NCBI GenBank assembly: GCA_963825525.1
Contig: CAWGTN010000002.1
Span: forward strand, 1,216,001 to 1,280,000
Direction of reading: 5' to 3'
Length of the DNA stretch: 64,000 bases
DNA from: an uncultured Chloroflexia bacterium
GTDB lineage: Bacteria > Chloroflexota > Limnocylindria > QHBO01
Position numbers and translations under genes: made by a program. This document shows, piece after piece, positions 28,489 to 38,112 of this stretch. Each line of letters begins with the position of its first letter. Within the stretch, counting starts at the first letter, position 1. The notes under the pieces were generated by a model. The model was not told the origin of the DNA. It saw nothing but the letters and a program-made list of their open reading frames with translations, and did not search any database.

Positions 28489-29381
28489 CGCGGCGGCTGG
28501 TCGATCTCGCCGACCCCAGCGGCGGTGGCGTGATCGTCGCCGCGCGGCAGCTCGTCGATGACCGGGTTCTCGAGGATCCCGATGCCCTCGATCTCGAGTC
28601 GCATCCCATCCCCGTTGACGAGGTAGCGGGGCGGGTGCTGGTAATGCCCGACACCCGCCGGGGTACCGGTCGCGATGACGTCGCCCGGCTCGAGCGTGAT
28701 CGTGCGCGACGCGAAGGCAACGATGGTCGCCACGTCGAACACCATCTCCGCCGTTGTCGAGTCCTGCCACGGCTCACCGTTGACCCATGAGCGGAGGCGG
28801 AGGGCCTGCGGATCCGGGATCTCGTCGGCCGTCACGACGACCGGGCCCATCGGCGCGAAACCGTCCGAGCCTTTTGCCCGCAGCCACTGCCGATCCTCCT
28901 TCTGGAGGTCACGCATCGTGACGTCGTTGACGATCGTGTATCCGAAGACATGGCCCAGCGCCTCGGACCGGCCGATGCGTGACGCCCGCTGACCGATCAC
29001 GACACCGAGCTCGCATTCGAGGTCCAGCTTGTCCGTGGCGCGCGGCCGTGTCACGGGCTGGCCCGGATCGGCGACGGCGTTGGCGAACTTGCTGAAGAGC
29101 ATCGGGTAGTCAGGGGGGTCGATCGACTGCTCGCGGCAGTGGTCGTGGTAGTTGAGCCCGACGCAGATGATCTTGCCCGGCCGCGCGATCGGCGCCAGGT
29201 GTACCCCCTCGTCATCGACGGTTGGCCCAGCGATGCTGTCGAGCTGATCGGCCGTGATGCCCGCAGCCAGGAGCTCGCCGATGTCAGTGACGCCGGTGGC
29301 GTCGGTCAGGTCACGGATGCCACCCGCGACGCGCACGGCAAGGCGGCGGTGTCCGTTGATGGCGTGGGAGATCAGCTGCAC
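28485..29381 (-). CDS. Fumarylacetoacetate hydrolase family protein
   Basis: KIICVGLNY, ECELGVVIG, NDVTMRD, ATGTPAGVG. Confidence 0.92.
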   Translation of the reverse strand: MQLISHAINGHRRLAVRVAGGIRDLTDATGVTDIGELLAAGITADQLDSIAGPTVDDEGVHLAPIARPGKIICVGLNYHDHCREQSIDPPDYPMLFSKFANAVADPGQPVTRPRATDKLDLECELGVVIGQRASRIGRSEALGHVFGYTIVNDVTMRDLQKEDRQWLRAKGSDGFAPMGPVVVTADEIPDPQALRLRSWVNGEPWQDSTTAEMVFDVATIVAFASRTITLEPGDVIATGTPAGVGHYQHPPRYLVNGDGMRLEIEGIGILENPVIDELPRGDDHATAAGVGEIDQPPR

Positions 29382-29400
29382 GCGGCCGAGTATAGGAAGG

Positions 29401-29826
29401 TCAGGGCTCGGTGAAATACGCGCGTGCCGCGGGACGCAGCAGGCCAACGACGAGCCCGATGGTCAGCAACGCGCCGAGTGGCACCGTGAGCAGGTACCAG
29501 CCGTTGGCCGCCTGTGGCGGGAAGTCGAGCAGCACTGGGGGCAGCCCCGCGAGGATCGGCACCGGCAGGAACGCGATTCCCACGGCGAACCGATGAGCGA
29601 TGCGCTTGCGCTGGAGGGCGGTTGTCACGCCGAACAGCACTGCAGCCAGCTCTAGCATCATGAAGATGCCCAGGATGCTGAACGGCGCCCGCTCGCTGAA
29701 GTCGATGAACTGGACGATGCGGCCCAGGAGCAGCCCGGTGATGGCCAGGAGACCGAACGCCCAGGCGAACCAGAGGCGGACGGCTACCGGCGTGTCACCC
29801 GGCTGAAAGTCGTTGCGAGGATCCAT
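29401..29826 (-). CDS. Hypothetical 4-TM membrane protein
   Basis: Four hydrophobic segments; ends ARAYF; -10-like TACGAT just upstream. Confidence 0.7.
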   Translation of the reverse strand: MDPRNDFQPGDTPVAVRLWFAWAFGLLAITGLLLGRIVQFIDFSERAPFSILGIFMMLELAAVLFGVTTALQRKRIAHRFAVGIAFLPVPILAGLPPVLLDFPPQAANGWYLLTVPLGALLTIGLVVGLLRPAARAYFTEP

Positions 29827-29885
29827 GCACAGGGATCGTAGCAAGGTGGCGCGGGACGGCGACCATCGGGCCGGTCAGCCACGTC

Positions 29886-29915
29886 TTGACAGGTTCGCGC
29901 GGGGCAGCGTATCGT
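29886..29915 (+). promoter_or_regulatory. Sigma70 promoter of the LacI/sugar ABC operon
   Basis: TTGACA-N18-TATCGT. Confidence 0.75.
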
Positions 29916-29923
29916 CCACGACC

Positions 29924-29948
29924 TAAACCGGTTCACTAAATCGGTTTA
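29924..29948. promoter_or_regulatory. Tandem LacI-family operators
   Basis: TAAACCGGTTCA and TAAATCGGTTTA, CG-centred palindromes at the predicted transcription start. Confidence 0.75.
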
Positions 29949-29989
29949 CGGGCGGGACATCCCCCGCCGCAGACGAGGGATCGAAGCAC

Positions 29990-31087
29990 TTGGCTCGTCC
30001 GCGCATTGACGATGTGGCCCGCGTTGCCGGCGTGAGCAAGACGTCGGTCAGCTTCGCATTCAACCAGCCGGACAACCTCAACGCGGCGACGCGTGATCGG
30101 ATTCTGGCCGCGGCCGCGGAGCTCGGCTACCGCCCATCGCCCATCGCGCGTCGCCTGGCATCCCGAAAGACGGACCAGATCGGCCTCGTGGTGCCGCAGG
30201 CGACCCACCACGTGTTCGCAAACCCGTTCCTGCCCGAGCTCCTGCGCGGCATCGGAGACGTCTGTGACGCGGCTGGCATCTCGCTGGTCATCGTGCCGCC
30301 CGTGGGTGGCTCAATCGCGCGAGCCGTCGAGGGGGCCCTCGTGGACGGCCTGGTGCTCCTTGGGCTCGAGCCCGACCACGTGGAGCTGGAGCTGGTCCGC
30401 AAGTCGGGCGTACCGGTCGTGGCCCTCGACGTCGATACCTGGGAGGACGCGGAGGTGATCTCCGTCGATGAAGCGGGAGGCGCGGCCGAGGCCGCCCGGC
30501 ACCTGCACGCGCTCGGCCACCGCGACGTCGCGGTCGTCCTCATCGCCGAGCATCCCGACTCCGGCGTCGACGAGAGCCGCGGCATCTCGGCCCGGCGGCT
30601 GCGCGGCATCCGGGAAGGCTTCGCGTCCGCGGCACGCGAGTCGGACGGTGAGGACATCTCGCTGCGCATCTTGTCGGCGACGGTCTCGGAGGACGGCGGA
30701 CGTGGGGCGTTCGCCGAGCTGCAGGCCGATGGGCTACCGTCCGCGATCATCGCGATCACCGACATCACCGCCATCGGCATCCTGCTGGCGGCACGCGACG
30801 CCGGAATCTCGGTCCCCGCCTCCCTGTCAGTCATCGGCTATGACGACGTCCCGGCAGCCGCATGGACCCATCCGGCATTGACCACGGTCCACCAGCCGAT
30901 CCGAGAGAAGGGCCGGCTCGCGGCCCAACGACTGGTCGACCTGCTGAGCGGCCGAGACGGCCGCCGGCCCATCAGCGAGCTCCTTGCGACCCATCTGGTC
31001 GTGCGCGGCTCCACGGCACCGGCCGCACCCGGTCGACACCTCTCCGGCGCCTCACCCCAGGGGGGAGGAGGTGTCGCCCATCCCTGA
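29990..31087 (+). CDS. LacI family transcriptional regulator
   Basis: IDDVARVAGVSKTSVS HTH, LGYRP, SVIGYDD, LTTVHQP; TTG start. Confidence 0.95.
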   Translation: MARPRIDDVARVAGVSKTSVSFAFNQPDNLNAATRDRILAAAAELGYRPSPIARRLASRKTDQIGLVVPQATHHVFANPFLPELLRGIGDVCDAAGISLVIVPPVGGSIARAVEGALVDGLVLLGLEPDHVELELVRKSGVPVVALDVDTWEDAEVISVDEAGGAAEAARHLHALGHRDVAVVLIAEHPDSGVDESRGISARRLRGIREGFASAARESDGEDISLRILSATVSEDGGRGAFAELQADGLPSAIIAITDITAIGILLAARDAGISVPASLSVIGYDDVPAAAWTHPALTTVHQPIREKGRLAAQRLVDLLSGRDGRRPISELLATHLVVRGSTAPAAPGRHLSGASPQGGGGVAHP

Positions 31088-31136
31088 CTCGTCACCCGAT
31101 CAGCAACGACGCAACCGTAACGAGGAACCACTCTCC

Positions 31137-32447
31137 ATGAATCTCAAACTTCATCGCTCGATCGTGCCCGTCGGCATGGCCGTCGCACTCGCGCTCTCGG
31201 CATGCTCGGGCGGCGGCACGTCGCCGAGCGCCGCGGCCTCGGTCGATCCGTCCAGCGCGTGCAGCGGCGTCGACTCGCTCACGTTCACCCACACCATGAA
31301 CGATCAGGAGTCGCCGGTCATCGCCGAGATCGCCGAGGCATTCGAGGGGACGAGTGTCGAGGTGACGCAGATCCCGTTCGACGGTGCCCAGCAGGCCTAT
31401 GACCAGCAGGCGGCCGGCGGCGAAGCACCGGATGTCTTCCGCGCGGAGATCGCCTGGATCGCCGACTACGCCGACAAGGGCTACCTGCTCGACCTGACAA
31501 GCATGATTCCGCAGTCGGAATGGGATGACTTCCTGGCCGGCCCGCTGGCGTACGGCCAGTGGCAGGGTGGCACGTACGCCGTCCCGCAGGTGACCGACGC
31601 CCTCGCACTCCTCTACAACAAGTCCATGCTCGAAGAGGCCAATGTCGAGGCGCCCGCCACGATGGACGACTTCATCGCGGCCGGCGAGACGCTCCAGACC
31701 GAGCTCGATCTCGAAAATGCCTTCTACATGCGTGGTGATGCGTACTGGCTCCAGCCCTTCCTCTGGGCATTTGGTGGCGGCCTTCTGACCGTCGACGACG
31801 AGGGCCAGGTCACCGACATCCTGGTCAACAACGAAGGCTCGGTCGCGGGTCTCGAGTTCCTCCTCAACGATGTGCTCGGCACGATCGCGGCCGAGGACGT
31901 CGACTTCGCGAACGACTATGGCAATGCGATGACCGCCTTCAAGGAGGGCGAGGTGGCCATGATCTTCAACGGACCATGGTCGACCGCCGATGTGCTCTCG
32001 GGCAGTGAGTTCGCCGATCCGGAGAACCTCGGCATCGGCGTCATTCCGGCCGGACCGGATGGCGACAAGGGCTCGCCGATCGGTGGGCACAGCTACGTGC
32101 TGTACGCCGGCATGGAGGAGGCGGAGCAGGCATGTGCCGCCGCGTTCGTGCAGTACCTCAGCTCGGCTGAGAACCAGGGCCGCCTGGCGACCGAGCTCAA
32201 CCTCCTCCCGACGCGCACCAGCGCGTACGAGCTGCCCGAGGTTGCCGAGAATCGGCTGATCGCCGACTTCGGCACCGTGATCGAGAACGCCACTGCGCGC
32301 CCGGTCGTACCGGAAGGCGGCGGGATCTACGCGGACTTCGGTCCGAACTTCCAGGCTGCCTGGACCGAGGACAAGTCGGCGCAGCAGGCGCTCGACGACG
32401 TTGCCGCAGCGTGGGAGACCCTTCTCGGAGATCGGCTCGCGCAGTAA
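31137..32447 (+). CDS. Sugar (maltodextrin-like) ABC substrate-binding lipoprotein
   Basis: Lipobox LSAC, APDV, LLYNK, AMIFNGPW. Confidence 0.9.
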   Translation: MNLKLHRSIVPVGMAVALALSACSGGGTSPSAAASVDPSSACSGVDSLTFTHTMNDQESPVIAEIAEAFEGTSVEVTQIPFDGAQQAYDQQAAGGEAPDVFRAEIAWIADYADKGYLLDLTSMIPQSEWDDFLAGPLAYGQWQGGTYAVPQVTDALALLYNKSMLEEANVEAPATMDDFIAAGETLQTELDLENAFYMRGDAYWLQPFLWAFGGGLLTVDDEGQVTDILVNNEGSVAGLEFLLNDVLGTIAAEDVDFANDYGNAMTAFKEGEVAMIFNGPWSTADVLSGSEFADPENLGIGVIPAGPDGDKGSPIGGHSYVLYAGMEEAEQACAAAFVQYLSSAENQGRLATELNLLPTRTSAYELPEVAENRLIADFGTVIENATARPVVPEGGGIYADFGPNFQAAWTEDKSAQQALDDVAAAWETLLGDRLAQ

Positions 32448-32459
32448 AGTCGGATCGCC

Positions 32460-32494
32460 GCTCCCAGGCCGGGCGCCACGCTCGGTCTGGGAGC
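32460..32494 (+). other. Intercistronic stem-loop after the binding-protein gene (mRNA stabiliser)
   Basis: gctcccaggccgggcg-cca-cgctcggtctgggagc. Confidence 0.65.
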
Positions 32495-32539
32495 CATCCG
32501 TGGCTGGCACCTTGACCAATCGGCACTGGAGAAGCCCCG

Positions 32540-33427
32540 ATGCGTGAACGGATGTGGGTGGCCTACGCCTTCATGGCACCGGTCGCCGTGGTGATGACGA
32601 TCATCGTCATCTACCCGCTCATCGGATCCGTGGTGTCGAGCTTCACCGACCTGGACCGGAGCAACTCGGCCACGGTCTTCCGCCCCGGATCAGAGCAGTT
32701 CATCGGAATCGACAACTACGTCAGGGTGCTGACCAGCGACGAGTTTCGCGGCAGGCTGACCTGGACGATCGTCTGGACGGCCGCCAACGTCTTCTTCCAC
32801 TTCACGTTTGGGCTTGGCCTGGCCCTGCTGCTGAACCAGCGCTTCCGCGGCCGAACCGTGTATCGGCTCATCCTCATGCTGCCGTGGGCGGTACCCGCGT
32901 TCATCAGCGCGGTGAGCTGGCGCTACATCTTCAACGGTCAGTACGGCGTTCTGAACCTCATGCTCGATGGCATCGGGATCGACGGACCAAACTGGCTATC
33001 CGATCCCTTCTGGGCCTACGTTGCTCCGATCATCGTCAACGTCTGGCTCGGCGTTCCGTTCATGATGGTGGCGCTGCTCGGCGGGATGCAGTCGATCCCA
33101 AGCGACCTCTACGAGGCGGCTCGGGTCGACGGCGCGAATCGTCGACAGGCGTTCTGGAACGTGACGATCCCGCAGCTGAAGTCGGTCTCCGTGGCCGTGA
33201 CCATGCTCGGCATCATCTGGACCTTCAACCTGTTCGTGGTGATCTTCCTGACGACCGGCGGCGGACCAGGTGGCCGAACCGACATCCTCGTCACGGAGTC
33301 GTTCAATCTCTTCCAGGCGGGTCAGTACGCCGTGGCTGCCACGTACTCGGTGATCATTCTGTCGCTGCTGCTCGTCTTCGTGACGTTCTACCAGCGAATC
33401 TTCCGCACGGAGGACGTCGCCCGATGA
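32540..33427 (+). CDS. Sugar ABC permease (MalF-like)
   Basis: LPWAVP, EAA loop LYEAARVDGA. Confidence 0.93.
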   Translation: MRERMWVAYAFMAPVAVVMTIIVIYPLIGSVVSSFTDLDRSNSATVFRPGSEQFIGIDNYVRVLTSDEFRGRLTWTIVWTAANVFFHFTFGLGLALLLNQRFRGRTVYRLILMLPWAVPAFISAVSWRYIFNGQYGVLNLMLDGIGIDGPNWLSDPFWAYVAPIIVNVWLGVPFMMVALLGGMQSIPSDLYEAARVDGANRRQAFWNVTIPQLKSVSVAVTMLGIIWTFNLFVVIFLTTGGGPGGRTDILVTESFNLFQAGQYAVAATYSVIILSLLLVFVTFYQRIFRTEDVAR

Positions 33428-34272
33428 AGCAGCCGCTGTGGGAGAAGGTCGCGACCCACGTGATCCTCATCTTCGCCTCGTTCATCGCCATCTTCCCGAT
33501 CCTGTGGATCATCTCGACATCGTTCAAGAACCGGTTCGACGTGCTGTCGACCGAGATCCACCTCATTCCGGAGGAGCCGACGCTCGAGAACTACGAGTCG
33601 CTGTTCGACCCGGGCAGCGCGACCGGCGGCTTCTTCTGGAGCTGGTTCGGGAACTCGCTGCTGATCGCCGTCCTGACCACGATCCTGTCGGTGTTCCTGG
33701 CGTCGACCGCAGCGTACGCACTGAGCCGGTATCGCTTCTGGGGCAAGCGGCCGATGACCAGCTTCTTCCTGACCAGCCAGATGTTTCCCGCTGTGATCCT
33801 GCTGGTGCCCCTGTTCCAGCTCCTCGCCGTTCAGTTTCGTCTCCTGAACACGCCGTGGGCGCTCGTCCTTGCCTACGCCACCACGGCCATCCCGTTCTGC
33901 GTGCTGATGCTGAAGAGCTATTTCGACACACTGCCGATCGAGCTGGAGGAGGCCGCCAAGATCGATGGGCTTGGCCCGTTCGGAGCGTTCTGGCGCATCG
34001 TCGTGCCCCTCTCGACGCCCGGCATCGCGGTCACCGCGTTCTATGCCTTCATCACCGCCTGGAACGAGTTCCTCTACGCCCTGGTATTCCTCACCAAGCC
34101 GGAGGCGTTCACGCTGCCGATCGGCGTCCGCCTGTTCATCAACCAGTTCACGCAGAACTGGGGCGGGACCATGGCACTGTCGGTCATCGTGACCATTCCG
34201 GTGATGGTGTTCTTCTACATCGCCCAGCGCTACCTGATCAGCGGGCTCTCCACCGGCGGCGTCAAGGGATAG
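33424..34272 (+). CDS. Sugar ABC permease (MalG-like)
   Basis: LEEAAKIDG, AWNEF, C-terminal GGVKG. Confidence 0.93.
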   Translation: MKQPLWEKVATHVILIFASFIAIFPILWIISTSFKNRFDVLSTEIHLIPEEPTLENYESLFDPGSATGGFFWSWFGNSLLIAVLTTILSVFLASTAAYALSRYRFWGKRPMTSFFLTSQMFPAVILLVPLFQLLAVQFRLLNTPWALVLAYATTAIPFCVLMLKSYFDTLPIELEEAAKIDGLGPFGAFWRIVVPLSTPGIAVTAFYAFITAWNEFLYALVFLTKPEAFTLPIGVRLFINQFTQNWGGTMALSVIVTIPVMVFFYIAQRYLISGLSTGGVKG

Positions 34273-34356
34273 TCAGGCTAGGCGCCACCGACGCCGCACT
34301 GACCACGAACCTGGCGCCGCCACCGAGCCGGGTCACGTACGCCCTACCATGCGGCC

Positions 34357-35865
34357 ATGGGCTGGCTTGCGGAGCTGTTCGAAACCAACCGAATCATCGT
34401 GCTGTCGGTGTACGGCCAGGTCTTCTTCGTGATGGGATTGGCCGTCGCGCTCCAGAGCCGGCGACGATCGCAGCTTCCGCTGGCGGCTCCGCTCGCCTGG
34501 CTCGCGGGCTTTGGAATCGTCCACGGGCTCATGGAGTGGGGCTACCTGTTCATCCCGATCCAGGCCGGGTTTCTGCCACAGCCCGTGATCGAGGGGCTGC
34601 TGGTCCTCCAGCTCCTGCTCAAGCCTCTCAGCTTCGCGCTGTTGTTCCAATTCGGCGTCGAGCTCATCCACAGCGCGCGCGGCTCGAGCGCGGGACGGAA
34701 TGTGATCCTCAGGCTCATCCCCGCGCTGAGCCTGTTGCTGTGGGTCGTGGCAACCGTAGCGATCTCCGCCTTCGTCGCTCCGGGTCAGGTTCCGGACCCT
34801 CGACCATGGCTTCCGTCGACCGACCTGGTTCCGGCGCTTGCCGACGTCGGAGCGCCACTGGCGGTCGGTGACGTGGTGGCGCGGTTCATGATCGCCCTGC
34901 CCGCCTCGCTGGTGGTGGCGATCGGACTGCAGAGGGTTGCCCGATTGCTGGGAGGCGCCGTGGTTCCGGCCGCAGCCGTCGCCCTGCGCGCGGCGTCAAT
35001 CGCCTTTGTCGGATATGCGGTGGTGGCCGGCCTGGTGCCACTACCGGCGCCGCTTCCGCCGGCCTCGATCATCAACAGCCAGGTGGTGTTGGAGACGCTG
35101 GGCATCCCGATCGAGGTCTTTCGATCGCTCGCCGGCCTCACCATCGCGGTCGCCGTCATCCTCAGTCTCGAGATCTTCGAGCACGAAACCGACCGCACCC
35201 TCGCCGAGGCAAGGCGACGCGAGCTGTTGCTCAGGGAGCGCGAGCGCATCGGGCGAGACCTCCACGACGGCATCATCCAATCCATCTATGCCGCCGGATT
35301 GCATCTCGAGCAGGCATCGTCGGACGTCGGTGCGGACCCGGCGGCGACGCGGTCGCGGATCGCCACCGTGATGGCCGAGCTGAATCGGATCACCTCGGAC
35401 ATCCGCGGCACGATTTTCGACCTTCGCTCGGGCGAGGTCAGTGGGCGAGATGCCGAGGCCATCGTGCTGGCGGTGGCCGACGAGCTCCAGGCACACACGC
35501 TGGTGCAACTGCAGATTCGCTCCGAGGGAGGCTTCCGCCCGCAGCTCGGCGCCGAACAGTCCGAGCATCTTCGACACATCGTGATCGAGGCCTTCAGCAA
35601 CATCCTGCGTCACGCCAACGCGAGCAACGTGCTCGTCGAGACGCGGGGCGAGCCCGACTTCTTCACGCTCGAGATCAGGGATGACGGCCACGGCTTCGAG
35701 TCGGGGGCCGTCGCGGGCGCGGACGCCGGCCAGGCGCAGGGGCTCGTGAACATGCGTCGTCGGGCCGAGCTGCTCGGTGCCGAGCTGGAGGTCAGGTCGG
35801 CGAGCGGGCAGGGCACGGCGCTGTCGCTTAGGATGCCGGTGGCCACCGTTCGCCGGACCCCATGA
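34357..35865 (+). CDS. Membrane sensor histidine kinase (HisKA_3)
   Basis: Multi-TM N-terminus; ERERIGRDLHD, EAFSNILRHA, DDGHGF. Confidence 0.92.
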   Translation: MGWLAELFETNRIIVLSVYGQVFFVMGLAVALQSRRRSQLPLAAPLAWLAGFGIVHGLMEWGYLFIPIQAGFLPQPVIEGLLVLQLLLKPLSFALLFQFGVELIHSARGSSAGRNVILRLIPALSLLLWVVATVAISAFVAPGQVPDPRPWLPSTDLVPALADVGAPLAVGDVVARFMIALPASLVVAIGLQRVARLLGGAVVPAAAVALRAASIAFVGYAVVAGLVPLPAPLPPASIINSQVVLETLGIPIEVFRSLAGLTIAVAVILSLEIFEHETDRTLAEARRRELLLRERERIGRDLHDGIIQSIYAAGLHLEQASSDVGADPAATRSRIATVMAELNRITSDIRGTIFDLRSGEVSGRDAEAIVLAVADELQAHTLVQLQIRSEGGFRPQLGAEQSEHLRHIVIEAFSNILRHANASNVLVETRGEPDFFTLEIRDDGHGFESGAVAGADAGQAQGLVNMRRRAELLGAELEVRSASGQGTALSLRMPVATVRRTP

Positions 35866-36557
35866 ACCAACCCACCACTCCGACAACCCCCGATGCCGAT
35901 GTCCGAATCCTCATTGCCGATGACCATGAGGTGGTGCGCATCGGACTCGCCTCGCTGCTCGATCGTCAGCCGGGCTTCAGTGTCGTGGCCGAGGCCGGCT
36001 CCGGCGAGGAGGCCATTCGTGCGGCGCGCAGCCTGCGACCGGACGTCATCGTGATGGACATTCGCATGCCGGGCGGATCCGGCATCGACGCGTGCCGAAC
36101 GATCACCGCCGAGATGCCGACCATCCCGGTCATCATGCTGACCAGCTATGCCGATTCGGAGGCGCTGTTCGAGGCCATCGACGCGGGAGCCTCCGGCTAC
36201 GTGCTCAAGCGCGTCGGCTCCACCGAGCTTGTCGACGCCGTGCGAACTGTTGCCGCTGGGGGCTCGCTGCTCGACCCGGCCGTCACGCGGCGTGTGCTCG
36301 ACCGCATCCGAAGCACGGCACGGGCGGAGGAGGCCGGTGCTTTCCGCGACCTGACCGAGCAGGAGCGTCGGGTGCTGGCGCACGTGGCTGACGGGGCATC
36401 CAACCGGGAGATCGCGACGCGGATGGGCCTCGCCGAGAAGACCGTGCGGAACTACGTCTCGAACATCCTGGCCAAGCTCGCCCTCGACAGCCGGGCCCAG
36501 GCGGCCGGACACGCCATCCGCAACCGGCTTCCCGAACTCGAGGAGCTGAAGCCATGA
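35862..36557 (+). CDS. NarL/LuxR response regulator, DosR/DevR-like
   Basis: DDHEVVR, MDIRMP, LAEKTVRNYVSNILAKL. Confidence 0.93.
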   Translation: MNQPTTPTTPDADVRILIADDHEVVRIGLASLLDRQPGFSVVAEAGSGEEAIRAARSLRPDVIVMDIRMPGGSGIDACRTITAEMPTIPVIMLTSYADSEALFEAIDAGASGYVLKRVGSTELVDAVRTVAAGGSLLDPAVTRRVLDRIRSTARAEEAGAFRDLTEQERRVLAHVADGASNREIATRMGLAEKTVRNYVSNILAKLALDSRAQAAGHAIRNRLPELEELKP

Positions 36558-37192
36558 GCCGATGGACAACCGCCTCGCTCACGATCGTGATGAGCATCTC
36601 GCTCGTCGCGTGTGCCGGAGACCAGCCGCCGACCGGCTCGTCATCGTCGACCGCTGGCGAGTCGAGTTCTCCGACGGCGGCCCCGTCCGCCACGACCCCG
36701 GCGTCGGTCGTGCCGACGACCTCTCCCGCGCCCTCGCTCGCCCTCGACCTCCCGTCAACGGTCGACTCGCGGGTCGTGGCCGTGCAGGTGGATCAGCGGC
36801 TCGAAGCCTCGAGCGGTGCCGTCGTGGTGACCGTGACGAGCCTGGCCAGCGAGCGGATCGACGAGCTCGTCCTTCGTTGGCCGACGGCACTCAACGACCT
36901 GCTGTACCTCGCCCCGTTCACGCCCAGCGACGAGCGAATCCGGGATGGCGGCGACCCTCTCGTCCAGCCCTGGACGAAGTGGGTGATCGGACCCGGTGAG
37001 CGCGGTGAACCCGCAGGCGCCATCTCGCTGGGTTGGGGACCCCTCATGCCCGGGGCTACCCTGATCATCGAGCTCGACGCGGTGCGCCGAGTGCCCGGAC
37101 CGATCGAGTTCGATCTCCAGGTCCTGTCGTCAAATGATCTGCTCAGCCGGGACGACGGCACACCGGCGGAGTTGCGGGTGACCGTTCCCTGA
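36554..37192 (+). CDS. Hypothetical lipoprotein
   Basis: Lipobox LVAC, S/T/P linker, beta-rich domain; ATGA coupling. Confidence 0.75.
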   Translation: MSRWTTASLTIVMSISLVACAGDQPPTGSSSSTAGESSSPTAAPSATTPASVVPTTSPAPSLALDLPSTVDSRVVAVQVDQRLEASSGAVVVTVTSLASERIDELVLRWPTALNDLLYLAPFTPSDERIRDGGDPLVQPWTKWVIGPGERGEPAGAISLGWGPLMPGATLIIELDAVRRVPGPIEFDLQVLSSNDLLSRDDGTPAELRVTVP

Positions 37193-37896
37193 TGCGACCG
37201 ATCCTGCCGGCCTGGACCGATTCTGACCCCGTGCTCCACGCACGGCTCGGCGCTGCCATCGACCCCGACCGCAAGGTGCTCGACGCCATGGAGCGCATCG
37301 TCCCCCTCCGCGGGCTCCGCATCGCGGACGTCGGCACCGGCATCGGTCACTATCCGATGTTGTTGGCGCGGCGAACCGGCCGGACCTATGGCGTGGAGTC
37401 CGACCCCGCCCTGCGGGCCGAGGCCCAGCGGCGCGCCGCGGACTCGCACCAACCCAACATCAGGATCGTGGACGGAACACCGCACGCGCTGCCTCTCCGT
37501 GACGGCGCCGTGGATGTAGTCCTGACATCGCTCATCGATCCCGATGACGCGTCGCTGCCGGCAGTGGCGGAGGCACTTCGTGTGCTCCGCCCCGGCGGTC
37601 GGCTGATCGTGATCGCGCACTATGGCCGAGACGACGTTTCGAGCCTGCTCGAACCCGAGGTCGTCACGCATGGCGTCGAGGCGACTCGACGCCGGACGGG
37701 CTGGTGGCAGCGCAACGGCTTCAAGATCAAGGTCGTCCACTCGCGCCTGGACCTCGGCGATAGCCGCACTGCCCATGATCTGCTTCCCCGCCTGTACGGC
37801 GATCGCGGCCGCGCTTACCTCATGGGCCCGCACGCCTCGTCCCTCAGCCTCAATCTCGGCCTCTACCACCACCAGGTGCGCGACGCGACCCACTGA
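37192..37896 (+). CDS. Class I SAM-dependent methyltransferase
   Basis: ADVGTGIG, LPLRDGAVDVV, RVLRPGGRL. Confidence 0.88.
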   Translation: MRPILPAWTDSDPVLHARLGAAIDPDRKVLDAMERIVPLRGLRIADVGTGIGHYPMLLARRTGRTYGVESDPALRAEAQRRAADSHQPNIRIVDGTPHALPLRDGAVDVVLTSLIDPDDASLPAVAEALRVLRPGGRLIVIAHYGRDDVSSLLEPEVVTHGVEATRRRTGWWQRNGFKIKVVHSRLDLGDSRTAHDLLPRLYGDRGRAYLMGPHASSLSLNLGLYHHQVRDATH

Positions 37897-37935
37897 GATT
37901 CGGCGCGATTTTCTGGCGGCCGATGCTGAACCGTC

Positions 37936-38020
37936 TTGCGGGCGCGCGGGGGGCCGGATATCATCGGGGCGTCCGAAGGCCAGGCTCTTCTCCCCCCGGA
38001 GCCTGGCCTTCGGCATGCCC
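37936..38020 (+). ncRNA. Promoter plus 15-bp hairpin with a six-C loop (candidate sRNA or terminator)
   Basis: TTGCGG-N17-TATCAT, then stem 37973-37987/37999-38013 with loop TTCTCCCCCCG. Confidence 0.4.
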
Positions 38021-38112
38021 GCCGACCTTCCGATGCGATAATGGCCGTCACGTCCTTGTTCCCACCCCGGTCGAGTTCGACCCGCCCACGCAGGAGGCAC
38101 GCGTCCGCTCAC

